From Hyphococcus sp. (lineage in GTDB: Bacteria > Pseudomonadota > Alphaproteobacteria > Caulobacterales > Parvularculaceae), in the NCBI GenBank assembly GCA_021776455.1, contig JAJFFX010000038.1, forward strand, positions 1,060 to 65,059: DNA of 64,000 nt. The letters are read 5' to 3'. The first letter of the stretch is position 1. Each line of letters opens with the position of its first letter. The translations under genes and the position numbers were made by a program. A model generated the notes under the pieces. That model was not told the DNA's origin. It worked only from the letters and a program-made list of their open reading frames with translations, and did no database searches. Shown here piece by piece: positions 1 to 9,465 of the stretch.

Positions 1-1872
1 CATTGTACCCAAGGTTCCTCCGGACGCCGCAACGAGAAGACCCGTTGTTACAAGATTCTCATTATCAAAGCTAATTGTGCCTAATGAGTCTGTTATATTT
101 CCACTTCCAATTGTTAATGTACCGAAGGTCGAACCCGCCCCTAAAGTCGCTACTCCTGCTCCAAGAGTTCCTGTGGTCACCAAGTTATCATCTCCAAAGC
201 TGATCGCTCCTGATGTGTCTGTAATACTTCCGCTCCCAACTGTCAGCGTACCAAAGGTGGCTCCAGACCCCCCTCCGATAGTACCGGTCGTTGTCAAGTT
301 ATCATCTCCAAAGCTTATCGCTCCTGATGTGTCTGTAACGCTTCCGCTTCCAACCGTCAACGTCCCGAAGGTCGAACCAGATCCTAGAGTCGATACTCCT
401 GCTCCGAGAGTTCCCGTTGTCAGAAGATTCTCATCTCCAAAGCTGATTGCTCCTGATGTGTCCGTTATACTTCCGCTTCCAACTGCTAGTGTACCAAAGG
501 TTGAACCAGACCCCAAGGTCGATACTCCTGCTCCGAGAGTTCCTGTGATCAACGTAGGACCGACAATATCAAATCCGTTAGCTGCTCCAAACAATACCTG
601 ATTCACAGCCGTTGCGGTTCTGGGAGTGCTATCAGACCACACGAATGAGTTTGTGAAGCCAGCCGTTGAACCATTGCCGAATGCAAAACTACCAGCAGCA
701 CTTGCTGTACAATCGACACCCATTCCTGCACTGCCAACTCCTCGTGTACCCCACTGACCGGCACTGGTCGATCCGACCCTGAACGCAGCATTAGCTTTAT
801 CAAATAGTAGTCTTTCAGTATCGGTAGCAATAGCCTGAGATCCGAAAAGGAAATCGTTAGCACCTGCGTTATAGTCTGGCGCCGCACTATTAGCTATGGT
901 TGTGGTGCCCGAGTTGATAAAAGCCGCGTCAGATGCTGGTGTACCCCATTCTAGGGTGTTTATACCTGCAAAAGTTGCCCCTGTAAGGAGCACTTGCCCT
1001 GGCGCCAATGGTGCCGCGGCGGGTAGATCTATATTTAGTGTCGCGGCCGTATTTGCGGTAGTTATCTCTGTCACACCTGCACCGACGGTCGGTAAAACAC
1101 GTAACTTGTTAGTTGTCATGGTCGACGTTGCTGAAACGTCCGACCCTTGGATGGTTCCTGTCGTTGTTAAGTTCTCGTCTCCGAAGCTAATCGCTCCCGA
1201 TGTGTCTGTTATACTTCCACTTCCGACTGCCAGTGTACCAAAGGTTGAACCCGATCCTAGAGTCGATACTCCTGCTCCCAGAGTCCCAGTGATCAGCGTA
1301 GGACCGACGATATCAAATCCATTGGCCGCTCCGAACACCACCTGGTTCACAGCTGTTGCGGTCCGGGGAGTACCGTCAGACCATACAAACGAGTTAGCGA
1401 AAGCAGTAGTTGAGCCATTACCAAGTGCAAGACTATTGTCTCCACTTGCTGTGCAATCTGTACCCATTGCCACGCTTCCGGTACCCCGAGTACCCCATTG
1501 ACCAGCACTAGTTGATCCAACCCTGAACGCTGCGTTAGCTTTATCGAATAATATTCGCTCGGTATCGGTAGCGATAGCCTGTGACCCAAAGAGGAAATCG
1601 TTTGTACCTGCGTTGTAGTCCGGCGCCGCGGCGTTCGCTATGGTCGTAGTTCCTGAGTTGATGAAAGCGCCGGTGCCGCCACCCCCGCCACCGGCGACGT
1701 ACTCCCACATACCAAGAGTAGAGTTGAATTGCAATGTTTCTTGGTCCTGTGGGGTGATTGATAATGATGGCAACGGGTATTCGACGATACTGCTTGCTGC
1801 CCAAATAGGGGTTCCAGATACTCCAACAAGCGCGCTCGGTTCAGTTGTAGTATCGTTTATACGGAAGTCCAT
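1..1872 (-). CDS. Fibre/adhesin-like repetitive protein (3' end runs off the window; absent from the ORF track)
   Basis: Manual translation from ATG 1872 (context ATAAATATG): MDFRINDTTTEPSALVG...; no stop met in the part translated, and the 40-aa repeat (TLGAGVSTLGSGSTFGTLAVGSGSITDTSGAISFGDENLTT) continues to the window edge. YadA-head-like GSVAMGTDCTASGDNSLALG motif; large module duplicated at about 744-nt spacing. Confidence 0.8.
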   Translation of the reverse strand, partial: MDFRINDTTTEPSALVGVSGTPIWAASSIVEYPLPSLSITPQDQETLQFNSTLGMWEYVAGGGGGGTGAFINSGTTTIANAAAPDYNAGTNDFLFGSQAIATDTERILFDKANAAFRVGSTSAGQWGTRGTGSVAMGTDCTASGDNSLALGNGSTTAFANSFVWSDGTPRTATAVNQVVFGAANGFDIVGPTLITGTLGAGVSTLGSGSTFGTLAVGSGSITDTSGAISFGDENLTTTGTIQGSDVSATSTMTTNKLRVLPTVGAGVTEITTANTAATLNIDLPAAAPLAPGQVLLTGATFAGINTLEWGTPASDAAFINSGTTTIANSAAPDYNAGANDFLFGSQAIATDTERLLFDKANAAFRVGSTSAGQWGTRGVGSAGMGVDCTASAAGSFAFGNGSTAGFTNSFVWSDSTPRTATAVNQVLFGAANGFDIVGPTLITGTLGAGVSTLGSGSTFGTLAVGSGSITDTSGAISFGDENLLTTGTLGAGVSTLGSGSTFGTLTVGSGSVTDTSGAISFGDDNLTTTGTIGGGSGATFGTLTVGSGSITDTSGAISFGDDNLVTTGTLGAGVATLGAGSTFGTLTIGSGNITDSLGTISFDNENLVTTGLLVAASGGTLGTM

Positions 1873-1978
1873 ATTTATAGTACAATGAGAAATTACTTAG
1901 AGTCTCGGCAATGCAGTATATCAATCAACCCGATGTTGAGTGATCATTTAAAATCCGAAAAACCTTGTGTAACTACAA

Positions 1979-2425
1979 ATGCCAAGTATTGAGTTACTAA
2001 TTATGTTCATGTTCGGTCTCGGTATCTTCGTCGCGTCAGAGATGCTTGCTAGGGAACTTGACAAGGGAACTAATTGCGATCCCCTCCTGTTAAGCTTCAA
2101 TAGAGCTTTAGGGCAGATTGGGGCAGTATTTGCCTCGGTATGTCTGACACTTGCGATTTGCCTCGGTAGTAATGACGAGAGAAGGCCATCATTCAAGAAG
2201 ATGCTTATAATCTTTTTTATCTTGTCGGTCGTGATCCTGGGCCTGTCTATTGGAATTAAGATCAAGTTGAGGGGGAGTTGTGATGTCGGTAACAGCTCGA
2301 AGATAGTTTGGGGGTTGCTCGGAGGATCTGGAGGTTTGATTTTCATGGTAGGGTTGTCATGGTACCTTTCTAGGGGAAAAACAGTTGAAGCACCAGAGTC
2401 CATGGATTCTGCGTTTTGGAGCTGA
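1979..2425 (+). CDS. Multi-pass membrane protein, paralog of the next gene
   Basis: About 4 hydrophobic segments; shares the ELDKxxC pattern and Cys spacing with 2458-3279. Confidence 0.7.
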   Translation: MPSIELLIMFMFGLGIFVASEMLARELDKGTNCDPLLLSFNRALGQIGAVFASVCLTLAICLGSNDERRPSFKKMLIIFFILSVVILGLSIGIKIKLRGSCDVGNSSKIVWGLLGGSGGLIFMVGLSWYLSRGKTVEAPESMDSAFWS

Positions 2426-2457
2426 TCAAAGTAAAAAAATTTCATGGGAGTCAATAA

Positions 2458-3279
2458 ATGGCATCTCATACTAACTATTTCATGGTTGCGGTATTTATCG
2501 TTGGGATGATGCTTTTCATTACTAGCATGATAATGGCAGGTGAACTTGATAAGAACAGTTGTGGTACCCCGAAGGCGCGCAAGCTTAACCGCGGAATCAT
2601 GGTGATGGGTGTTATCCTCTTTACATGTGCATTGGCCTATATGACATGTCACTATAGGTGTAAGTGTGACGCAGACGATCGAGAGGGCACTATCTTTATG
2701 TTCGCAGCGGCAGCTATCGGTATTGTAGTGTTTGTGTTGTCAGTAATGCTGCGTACGGAACTTGGAGACAACTGTGCTCAGACGAAGAAGTGGACACTAA
2801 TGTTAATGGCTCTCTCTGGTGGTGTTGGCCTTGGAGCACTTGGCCTTATCGGGTACAAGGCGTATTCCGGAGTCGGTAAAGGCGCAAGTAAGCCAAAGGT
2901 GGATTCGGCAGCAGTAGCTGCCTCAAATGAGGCAGCAGCTGCTAAAGCAGAACAAGCCAGACTCAAGCAAGAGGTTGCCGACGCAAAGGAAAAGGTCCTA
3001 GCCGCGAGGGAGGACGAGAATGAGCAGGCTATAGCGCGAGCCATTGAGGAGCAGAAGGAGGCACAGGCAGCTCTCAAGGAGGCGAAGCATGCGCGTCGTT
3101 CCGGTCTATCAAGCGGTGGCAGCAACACGGATGACAGTCCGGCTTCTTATAGCGTACCCGACTCTGGTCCCTTTAGTACCGCCGCCTCATTCGGCACTAG
3201 TGGCAGCATGAGCAGAGCTCATCCTAGTTTTGGCGCTGGGTTCAGGGAGAACAGATTCACAGGACTCAAAGGAGGATGA
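2458..3279 (+). CDS. Multi-pass membrane protein with coiled-coil tail
   Basis: 4 TM segments, Ala/Glu/Lys coiled coil, TAAATG start context, ends GLKGG. Confidence 0.75.
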   Translation: MASHTNYFMVAVFIVGMMLFITSMIMAGELDKNSCGTPKARKLNRGIMVMGVILFTCALAYMTCHYRCKCDADDREGTIFMFAAAAIGIVVFVLSVMLRTELGDNCAQTKKWTLMLMALSGGVGLGALGLIGYKAYSGVGKGASKPKVDSAAVAASNEAAAAKAEQARLKQEVADAKEKVLAAREDENEQAIARAIEEQKEAQAALKEAKHARRSGLSSGGSNTDDSPASYSVPDSGPFSTAASFGTSGSMSRAHPSFGAGFRENRFTGLKGG

Positions 3280-3375
3280 GGAGGAAACTAGACGACATAA
3301 CTTACCCTCAAAGCTGAACTCTATGACGAGCTGACCTCAAAGTAATTGGGTTGGATCCGAGATGATCAACAATAG

Positions 3376-3406
3376 GATTTTAACTGGTAATATACCGGTT
3401 AAAATC
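3376..3406. terminator. 3' hairpin between convergent genes
   Basis: GATTTTAACTGGTA-ATA-TACCGGTTAAAATC inverted repeat. Confidence 0.55.
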
Positions 3407-3409
3407 TAA

Positions 3410-3841
3410 CTAACGATATTTAATGATACAGTCAGTGTTCAACACTGTTTGTAGCTGCTGATTCGTATCAACGACCTGATTAAGACGTGGTCGACACGGA
3501 TAGATAGTTTTAGCCGCGGCTTGAAAACAGTTGTCTGGGTACTGGTAGTCTGTTACGGGTTGCGGTACCGGGGTGATACCGTAACAGGTATCATGCCTTG
3601 GACGCCACCCGGCTTCACGCTCGGCAATGACTGGTACACTTGAGCTTGGGATTCCTCTCCACCACCTGGGGTATGGGAATGTGTCATAGTCGGTTAGCAC
3701 TGCGCTGCCTTGCTCCATGGTGGGTCTAAATGGTCCATAGGTCCCATTTGATCTGACACCAGCGATCTTCGCGGCAATTTGATCACGAACGTGTATGATG
3801 TTGATATCGTTGATGATTGGTGTATATGCAGTTGGGTCCAT
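3410..3841 (-). CDS. Conserved iridovirus/marseillevirus-type hypothetical protein
   Basis: TDYDTFPYPRWWRG...EREAGWRP motif recalled from Pimascovirales proteins; family not verified. Confidence 0.65.
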   Translation of the reverse strand: MDPTAYTPIINDINIIHVRDQIAAKIAGVRSNGTYGPFRPTMEQGSAVLTDYDTFPYPRWWRGIPSSSVPVIAEREAGWRPRHDTCYGITPVPQPVTDYQYPDNCFQAAAKTIYPCRPRLNQVVDTNQQLQTVLNTDCIIKYR

Positions 3842-4048
3842 CTTTATCAGAGAGTGAATAAAAGTATGATACTCTCTTACGCCTGGTACGGTTACAGCGC
3901 TTACACCATGTACACCATGTCAAACAAGTTGAACAGCGCATGGACGACCATGAAACGGGTACAGGACATGTACTATTGGATGCTCCCAGTTGAGAAGTAC
4001 CCATTAGATGCCCTCGACGATTGGGTCCTTGTCGAAAAATAAAACGAC

Positions 4049-4068
4049 CCCCAGCCTTAAGGCTGGGG
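4049..4068. terminator. Perfect palindrome between convergent small genes
   Basis: CCCCAGCCTT-AAGGCTGGGG. Confidence 0.55.
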
Positions 4069-4088
4069 ATCGGCTAGGATCATTAAAC

Positions 4089-4394
4089 TTACCAAACGCT
4101 CGGCCAATATCCGACGCGCCTATCGAGGATGACGGCTGTTACTGTCTCATCAACATCTCGAAGTAGATTGGAGGTTGTGCGGAGTACTGCCGAACACGGG
4201 TCCTGATTCCAAAACTGTACAACGCCGAACGCCGCCAGTGTCTTGCTCGTTGAGGGGATCACCCAGTCCTCCGGCTTTGACTCCTGGAGAGAAAGGCATG
4301 CGGCGCGTTGCTCTTCTACCTGCACCTGTTCCATTGATGCCATAATGGCCATCTCCATCTGCTGATCGTGTGTGAGCTCACTATAGACTGACAT
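4089..4394 (-). CDS. Hypothetical protein with UIM-like N-terminus
   Basis: HDQQMEMAIMASM resembles a ubiquitin-interacting motif; AAAATTGA lies about 40 nt upstream on the minus strand. Confidence 0.55.
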   Translation of the reverse strand: MSVYSELTHDQQMEMAIMASMEQVQVEEQRAACLSLQESKPEDWVIPSTSKTLAAFGVVQFWNQDPCSAVLRTTSNLLRDVDETVTAVILDRRVGYWPSVW

Positions 4395-4567
4395 GATCCG
4401 CCATTCTCCCTACAAGTTGCCCTATCTTTTCAATTTTATAATTCTCCAAGCCCGGTATCCCGTACGGACTGATAGGAGCCACGGCTGGGGGATTCCTTTA
4501 TGGGAAAGGAGATTCTGCCGGAAATAGATGAGGTCTTTCCGAAAAAGAAGTGGTGGATGGCGTTCGA

Positions 4568-6586
4568 CTAGGTTGCACCTTCAAATACGATAAATGCTTT
4601 GCGCATGTAGAGATCGAAGTCACAGTCATCCATATGTTCACAGAACTCTTGATACATCTCCTCTCGAATCCTGAGCATTACGGAGCCAAAGAACAATAAG
4701 AAGTGTGGGCGCCCACCCCAGTCTGAAGTGACGATTGTCATTTCATTTAGTACATTTTCCGCGAACTCTTCTATGCAAGTGTCGATCCTCTCGTCGGCAC
4801 CATCTCCACTCTTGAACTCATCAATCATCTTCTGCATGAGGTCTTTGATAGACATCTTCCCATCAGCTTCGTTGGTTACACAATCGGCAGGAGTCAACCT
4901 AACGGCATCTATTTCTTCATCAGTCGCCTTGCCTTCATCTTGTAGTTTACGTAGGCGCGTGACTTCATTCGACTTAGCCCGGTTTGCGTCCGCAAGGTGC
5001 TCGCTGGCCTCAATAGCTTTACGCTCCCGCTCAGCTTCAAACTGGATATATGTGTTTAGTTTCTCCTTTTCAGACGGGTGTTGGGTAAGCCAGAGTTCGA
5101 TAACTTCATTAAGCTTCTCTGTTCTAAATATGGAGTCAGGATCCGTGATGCGTCTGGCGAAGGCGTTCAAACGCCCCACAAAGTTGCTTGTGATCTGGTC
5201 TTCCCATGACACCCTCATGTTAAATCCACCGAACCCTGACATTACATTGACAAGACGGGTTGCGAATCCAGTGGAACAGGTACCGCACATGTCGCAAAGC
5301 TCTTCAATCAGGCGGCGTTCTAAAGTCTCCTTGTACTCATTACAGTCGATGAACGACCAGACCCGCAACAGGATATGGACAAGAGTGAAGTTCAGAGATG
5401 AGTACCTTCTTCTGTCCATAATAATCCTATTGAGCGATACAACGCACTTCCAGTTCTCTTCGCACGCTGTACAGCAGGTTTCAGCAACATCTTCTTTTCC
5501 ACATGCTCTGCAACGTCCATCCTCGAGGTCGGAGATCTGTTCGACATTAACAAGTTCCATGACTTTGGAGCGGACGAACTCAAACGTGATTGGGAGCTTA
5601 TTAACTTCCATGAGCGGTATCTCAGCAAGTTCCTTGAGACCTTCTGTGAGGGCCTTGTCGATCTCAGACGTGTGGACGTTCTGAGCATTGTCGAAGACTG
5701 ACCGGACGTGACCATAGGCGCTAGCGAGCTCGCTGAGGACTTTCCAAGCAGCTTCCTGCATCTTATCTGGCGAAAGACCAAGAAGAAGATCTGTGGCATC
5801 GGCTCGTAGATCATTATGAAGTGACTTGTCCTGAGCAAAGAGTAAGATAATATCACAAATCTTATCGATCTTTGAGTCTTCGAGACCGCCTAGTTCCATC
5901 AAGTTCTGTGCAGCCAAGATCCGGGTTGGAGTCTTGTTCTCTTCCGTGAAGAGAAACTCAAGACACGCCTTCCTGGTAAAGAACTCACGGTCGGGAATCT
6001 TATCTTTGAGCTCAAGAGACAGGATGATCTTATATCTGTAATCACAGTCTAGGTTCTGATCATTGACAAGTTCTCTGAAGTATGCGTTTGCGACGATTTT
6101 ATGAGCGGGAGACTCCATAAGCGTACAGACGGCTTCCACTCGCCTTGGGGTCGGGTCTGTGAGGTCGTAACAAACATGGTCGAGCGCCTTATAACCAAGC
6201 ACAAGCCGTTCCTTGTTTCGCTCGACGGCATTTGCGTCTTCAATCTCTTCGTCTTCTTCTTCGTAAAATGTGTCTTCCTCATAGGAGAGAAGACTCTGGG
6301 CCGCTTCTAGGCGCAGGAACGGGGACATTCTCCCGTGAGTGCATATATGATAGAGAAATTTCTGGAGTATACTGATACCGCTAAACTGGTACATACCAGT
6401 AAAGTTGCTGAATAGCTCAACGGCATCGTCTCCGTTCGTCTCACAGTAACGCTCGAGTGCATCAATCCTCGTGTCTTGACTAAGCGATAGATCCATAACG
6501 ACCTTTGCAAGATTCTTGTCATCCATCTCTATCGGTTCTGCTCCATCGTCATCGTCAAGGAAATTGAGCATTGTGATCTCTGGCAT
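4568..6586 (-). CDS. Conserved NCLDV helical hypothetical protein
   Basis: 672-aa ORF with DNAQNVH and CGTCSTGFATRLVN motifs typical of a giant-virus family. Confidence 0.75.
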   Translation of the reverse strand: MPEITMLNFLDDDDGAEPIEMDDKNLAKVVMDLSLSQDTRIDALERYCETNGDDAVELFSNFTGMYQFSGISILQKFLYHICTHGRMSPFLRLEAAQSLLSYEEDTFYEEEDEEIEDANAVERNKERLVLGYKALDHVCYDLTDPTPRRVEAVCTLMESPAHKIVANAYFRELVNDQNLDCDYRYKIILSLELKDKIPDREFFTRKACLEFLFTEENKTPTRILAAQNLMELGGLEDSKIDKICDIILLFAQDKSLHNDLRADATDLLLGLSPDKMQEAAWKVLSELASAYGHVRSVFDNAQNVHTSEIDKALTEGLKELAEIPLMEVNKLPITFEFVRSKVMELVNVEQISDLEDGRCRACGKEDVAETCCTACEENWKCVVSLNRIIMDRRRYSSLNFTLVHILLRVWSFIDCNEYKETLERRLIEELCDMCGTCSTGFATRLVNVMSGFGGFNMRVSWEDQITSNFVGRLNAFARRITDPDSIFRTEKLNEVIELWLTQHPSEKEKLNTYIQFEAERERKAIEASEHLADANRAKSNEVTRLRKLQDEGKATDEEIDAVRLTPADCVTNEADGKMSIKDLMQKMIDEFKSGDGADERIDTCIEEFAENVLNEMTIVTSDWGGRPHFLLFFGSVMLRIREEMYQEFCEHMDDCDFDLYMRKAFIVFEGAT

Positions 6587-6642
6587 TTTTCCTGTGGTTG
6601 GTGGATCTTAAGTCTCTTAATACGCTAGCCGTATTAAAATAA

Positions 6643-7131
6643 CTAGGGTCTGCTGCGCCACGCCTTGGCTATCTCTCGCATTCTATTGGGTGGTGTCATT
6701 CCTTTATAGTCCTCCTTCTTGCTCTGATCTTTGACGAACTGCTGGTACTCAGTGGGGGGCTTATCCTTACTGGGCTTACCCTTGCTAGACTGGGCCTTGC
6801 TAGACTTATCCTTGCTAGACTGGGCCTTGCTAGACTGGGCCTTACTAGGCCTGTCCTTCTCCTTACTAGGCTTGTCCTTCTCCTTACTAGGCTTATCCTT
6901 CTCCTTACTAGACTTATCCTTCTCCTTACTAGACTTAGCCTTCTCCTTCTCCTTACTAGGCTTGTCCTTCCTGGTCTTCTCCGGTTCTGATACCGCTGGT
7001 TTACGTTTTGTTTTACCTTTTCTAGGTGAGGTTTTCATACAGGACTCGTAGACTGACTCATACTTGCGCAGCCTGAGTGAGCGAGTAAGTCTATGTCTCT
7101 CATCGGGCATTTTCATAACACACGGGTCCAT
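6643..7131 (-). CDS. Lys/Ser-repeat protein with C-terminal HMG-box/YABBY-like domain
   Basis: KDKPSKE and KAQSS tandem repeats, then TEYQQFVKDQ...RMREIAKAWR. Confidence 0.7.
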   Translation of the reverse strand: MDPCVMKMPDERHRLTRSLRLRKYESVYESCMKTSPRKGKTKRKPAVSEPEKTRKDKPSKEKEKAKSSKEKDKSSKEKDKPSKEKDKPSKEKDRPSKAQSSKAQSSKDKSSKAQSSKGKPSKDKPPTEYQQFVKDQSKKEDYKGMTPPNRMREIAKAWRSRP

Positions 7132-7136
7132 TTAGA

Positions 7137-7574
7137 TCATTTCGCGAAGAGCTCAAGCAATTTTGCTTCGACTCCTTCAATGTCTGCTCCTACCATGCGG
7201 TGGACCTGTTCACCACCCACGAAGAAGTCAAAAGCAGGCACGCCCGTGATAGTCGGGTCGAACCCGTCATCCACGTTCTCCTTCACGAGAGCACAGTGTC
7301 CAGGTCGGCTGTACTTGGCCGCAAGGGCATCAAATGCTGGGCCTATCTGAAGGCACGGGCCACACCAGTCAGCATATACATCGACTACAACGAACCTATT
7401 ACCTCTAATCATTGCGTTCTTGTGTTCGAGACTTGAAACCTTGATCGTGGAGGCATTGTTTTGAGGTTGTTGTGGGGGTTGTTGTGGGGGAGGACCTTGG
7501 GGGTTGTAGGATGGTTGTTGATCTTTACCTGGGAAATCTTGCTCTCCGAGAGACTTGAATTTTGCGTACGACAT
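7137..7574 (-). CDS. trx: Thioredoxin
   Basis: VVVDVYADWCGPC active site and GVPAF cis-Pro motif; start placed at MSYAK. Confidence 0.9.
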   Translation of the reverse strand: MSYAKFKSLGEQDFPGKDQQPSYNPQGPPPQQPPQQPQNNASTIKVSSLEHKNAMIRGNRFVVVDVYADWCGPCLQIGPAFDALAAKYSRPGHCALVKENVDDGFDPTITGVPAFDFFVGGEQVHRMVGADIEGVEAKLLELFAK

Positions 7575-7655
7575 TTTTTGGTGAGGAGACATCGCTTTAG
7601 ATAGTGGATTTACAGATTTGAAAAGTCTGGTCTACTATACAGGACAAAGCAAGAC

Positions 7656-9185
7656 ATGGATGCTAAAAGAGCGCTAACTCTGGAAGAGATCAATGATCTC
7701 GTTGACTTCGTCAAGCCGAACCCCATGATCCCCTCAGAAACAGCTAAGTCTATAGCCGAAGCAGTCCAAGAGCGAATGCGGAAACAGCTACGTTCCGTCG
7801 AGGTACACCCAAGCATCATTCCAAAGCTAAAAGAAAGGATGGAGGATGCACATCAACGGAGTCAGGTTGAGGCTGGAGAGTGTGTTGGAGTTGTGTGCGC
7901 GCAGAGTATCGGACAAGATCAGACACAGAGAACACTCGACAGCTTTCACCGAGCAGGGTTGACAGAGAAGACAATGGTTGTCGGTGTACCGAGATGTAAG
8001 GAGCTTCTCTCGGCAACAGCCAATCCAAAAACGGAGTCGTCAAGGATCTACTTCAAGCATGATGCTACAGGTGATCTGAAGGACCTTCGCGAGTCTCTTG
8101 GTCATACCGTTGTCTGTCTAACGTTCAATGACATAAGTCTCGAGATGGTCGCAACAGTCAAGAAGGAACCATCCGATTGGTATAAACAGTATTTTATCAT
8201 CTATGGTGACAGGTTCGGGACACTAGAGTCGGAAACAGGTCACCGTTATACAGATTGTATAGAAATCACAGTAGACGCTGATAAGCTCTATGAGTACAGA
8301 CTGTCAATGCCCGACATTGCGGACGCGGTGATGAACGAATATGGAGACGCAGCTGTTGTCTTCTCCCCACCAAGCATAGGACGTATCGACATATATTTCG
8401 ACACGGAAGGTGTCGAGCTCCCTCTAAGTAGGGCGTTCTATGCTGGGACAGAAGAAGCACCATTGATCTACCTGGAAGAAGTTGTTATTCCAATCCTAAA
8501 GAAGTTTATCATAACTGGAATTAAGGACATCACTAGCATCTTCTATAACAAGACGGAGACTGAGTGGGTCGCAGAAACCGATGGAAGTAATCTGCAGGGG
8601 TTAATGGCACACCCGAACATCGATGAAGAACGGACGATGTCAAACAATGTGTGGGACATCTATAAGACCCTTGGGATCGAGGCAGCGAGACAATTCCTTG
8701 TTGAAGAGTTCGGTCATATTATGGAGGGGATTAACCACTGCCATCCGGCGCTCCTCGTCGATCGGATGACTCACGGTGGATCAATTGCTTCCATCTCCAG
8801 ATATACGCTTAGGGATGAAGAGTCGGGACCTATAGGAAAAGCTAGTTTTGAGGAGTCAATGACCAACTTCAATAACGCTGCTGTTCGTGGAGAGAATGAA
8901 CCGACCCGAGGAGTCTCTGCCTCTACCATATGTGGTCGGATGGCCCAGATCGGGACAGGCAAAGTCTCGATCATGATAGACCCATCTAAGCTTCCCGATG
9001 AACCTGAAGACGAGTCTGAAGGCACCGTCCCTGATCATACAGAGGATGAGATCGTGGCACCACTTGTTAGAGAGCGGCCAACAAAACCGTTAAGTCGTAA
9101 GCCGATCCTGGCGGACAAGGTGAAAGAGATACGGCCAGACAATAGGACGAGTAGACAAGTGGCACCAACCTTTGTAGAATTTTAA
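7656..9185 (+). CDS. rpb1: DNA-directed RNA polymerase largest subunit, C-terminal part (split RPB1)
   Basis: EAGECVGVVCAQSIGQDQTQRTLDSFH (trigger loop), GVPRCKELL, LGIEAAR, KASFEE, GVSASTICG; no NADFDGD catalytic motif in this ORF. Confidence 0.92.
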   Translation: MDAKRALTLEEINDLVDFVKPNPMIPSETAKSIAEAVQERMRKQLRSVEVHPSIIPKLKERMEDAHQRSQVEAGECVGVVCAQSIGQDQTQRTLDSFHRAGLTEKTMVVGVPRCKELLSATANPKTESSRIYFKHDATGDLKDLRESLGHTVVCLTFNDISLEMVATVKKEPSDWYKQYFIIYGDRFGTLESETGHRYTDCIEITVDADKLYEYRLSMPDIADAVMNEYGDAAVVFSPPSIGRIDIYFDTEGVELPLSRAFYAGTEEAPLIYLEEVVIPILKKFIITGIKDITSIFYNKTETEWVAETDGSNLQGLMAHPNIDEERTMSNNVWDIYKTLGIEAARQFLVEEFGHIMEGINHCHPALLVDRMTHGGSIASISRYTLRDEESGPIGKASFEESMTNFNNAAVRGENEPTRGVSASTICGRMAQIGTGKVSIMIDPSKLPDEPEDESEGTVPDHTEDEIVAPLVRERPTKPLSRKPILADKVKEIRPDNRTSRQVAPTFVEF

Positions 9186-9191
9186 ATATAA

Positions 9192-9221
9192 AAAGCCCTT
9201 GGTCATATGACCAAGGGCTTT
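9192..9221. terminator. Perfect 30-bp palindrome between convergent genes
   Basis: AAAGCCCTTGGTCATATGACCAAGGGCTTT. Confidence 0.7.
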
Positions 9222-9227
9222 CCTAAT

Positions 9228-9425
9228 TCAGACCCGCTGTCTCAGACGGTCTGGAATCGCTGACACGATACTGACAGCAAGCTGCTCCTTTGCGCATTGT
9301 TGATAATCAAAGCTGCAGTCATGCGTGGTCATGTGCAGCCCACAGTACAATTTCTTACATCGACAGGTTGATGCTTCCTTCATCAAAGAAGAAATCTTCT
9401 TCTTACAGACTTTGCAGCTCGGCAT
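9228..9425 (-). CDS. AN1-type zinc finger protein
   Basis: CKVCKKK...CRCKKLYCGLHMTTHDCSFDY; start at MPSC. Confidence 0.85.
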   Translation of the reverse strand: MPSCKVCKKKISSLMKEASTCRCKKLYCGLHMTTHDCSFDYQQCAKEQLAVSIVSAIPDRLRQRV

Positions 9426-9465
9426 TTTACTTATCCGATAAGAACTTATATCTTTTATCAATAAA

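Noticed and set aside
77-1888. Plus-strand ORFs 77-601, 896-1501 and 1640-1888 with Pro/Val-rich repeats
   Set aside because: Antisense shadows of the minus-strand fibre gene.
4728-5684. 318-aa plus-strand ORF
   Set aside because: Antisense to the conserved 4568-6586 gene; Ser-rich shadow composition.
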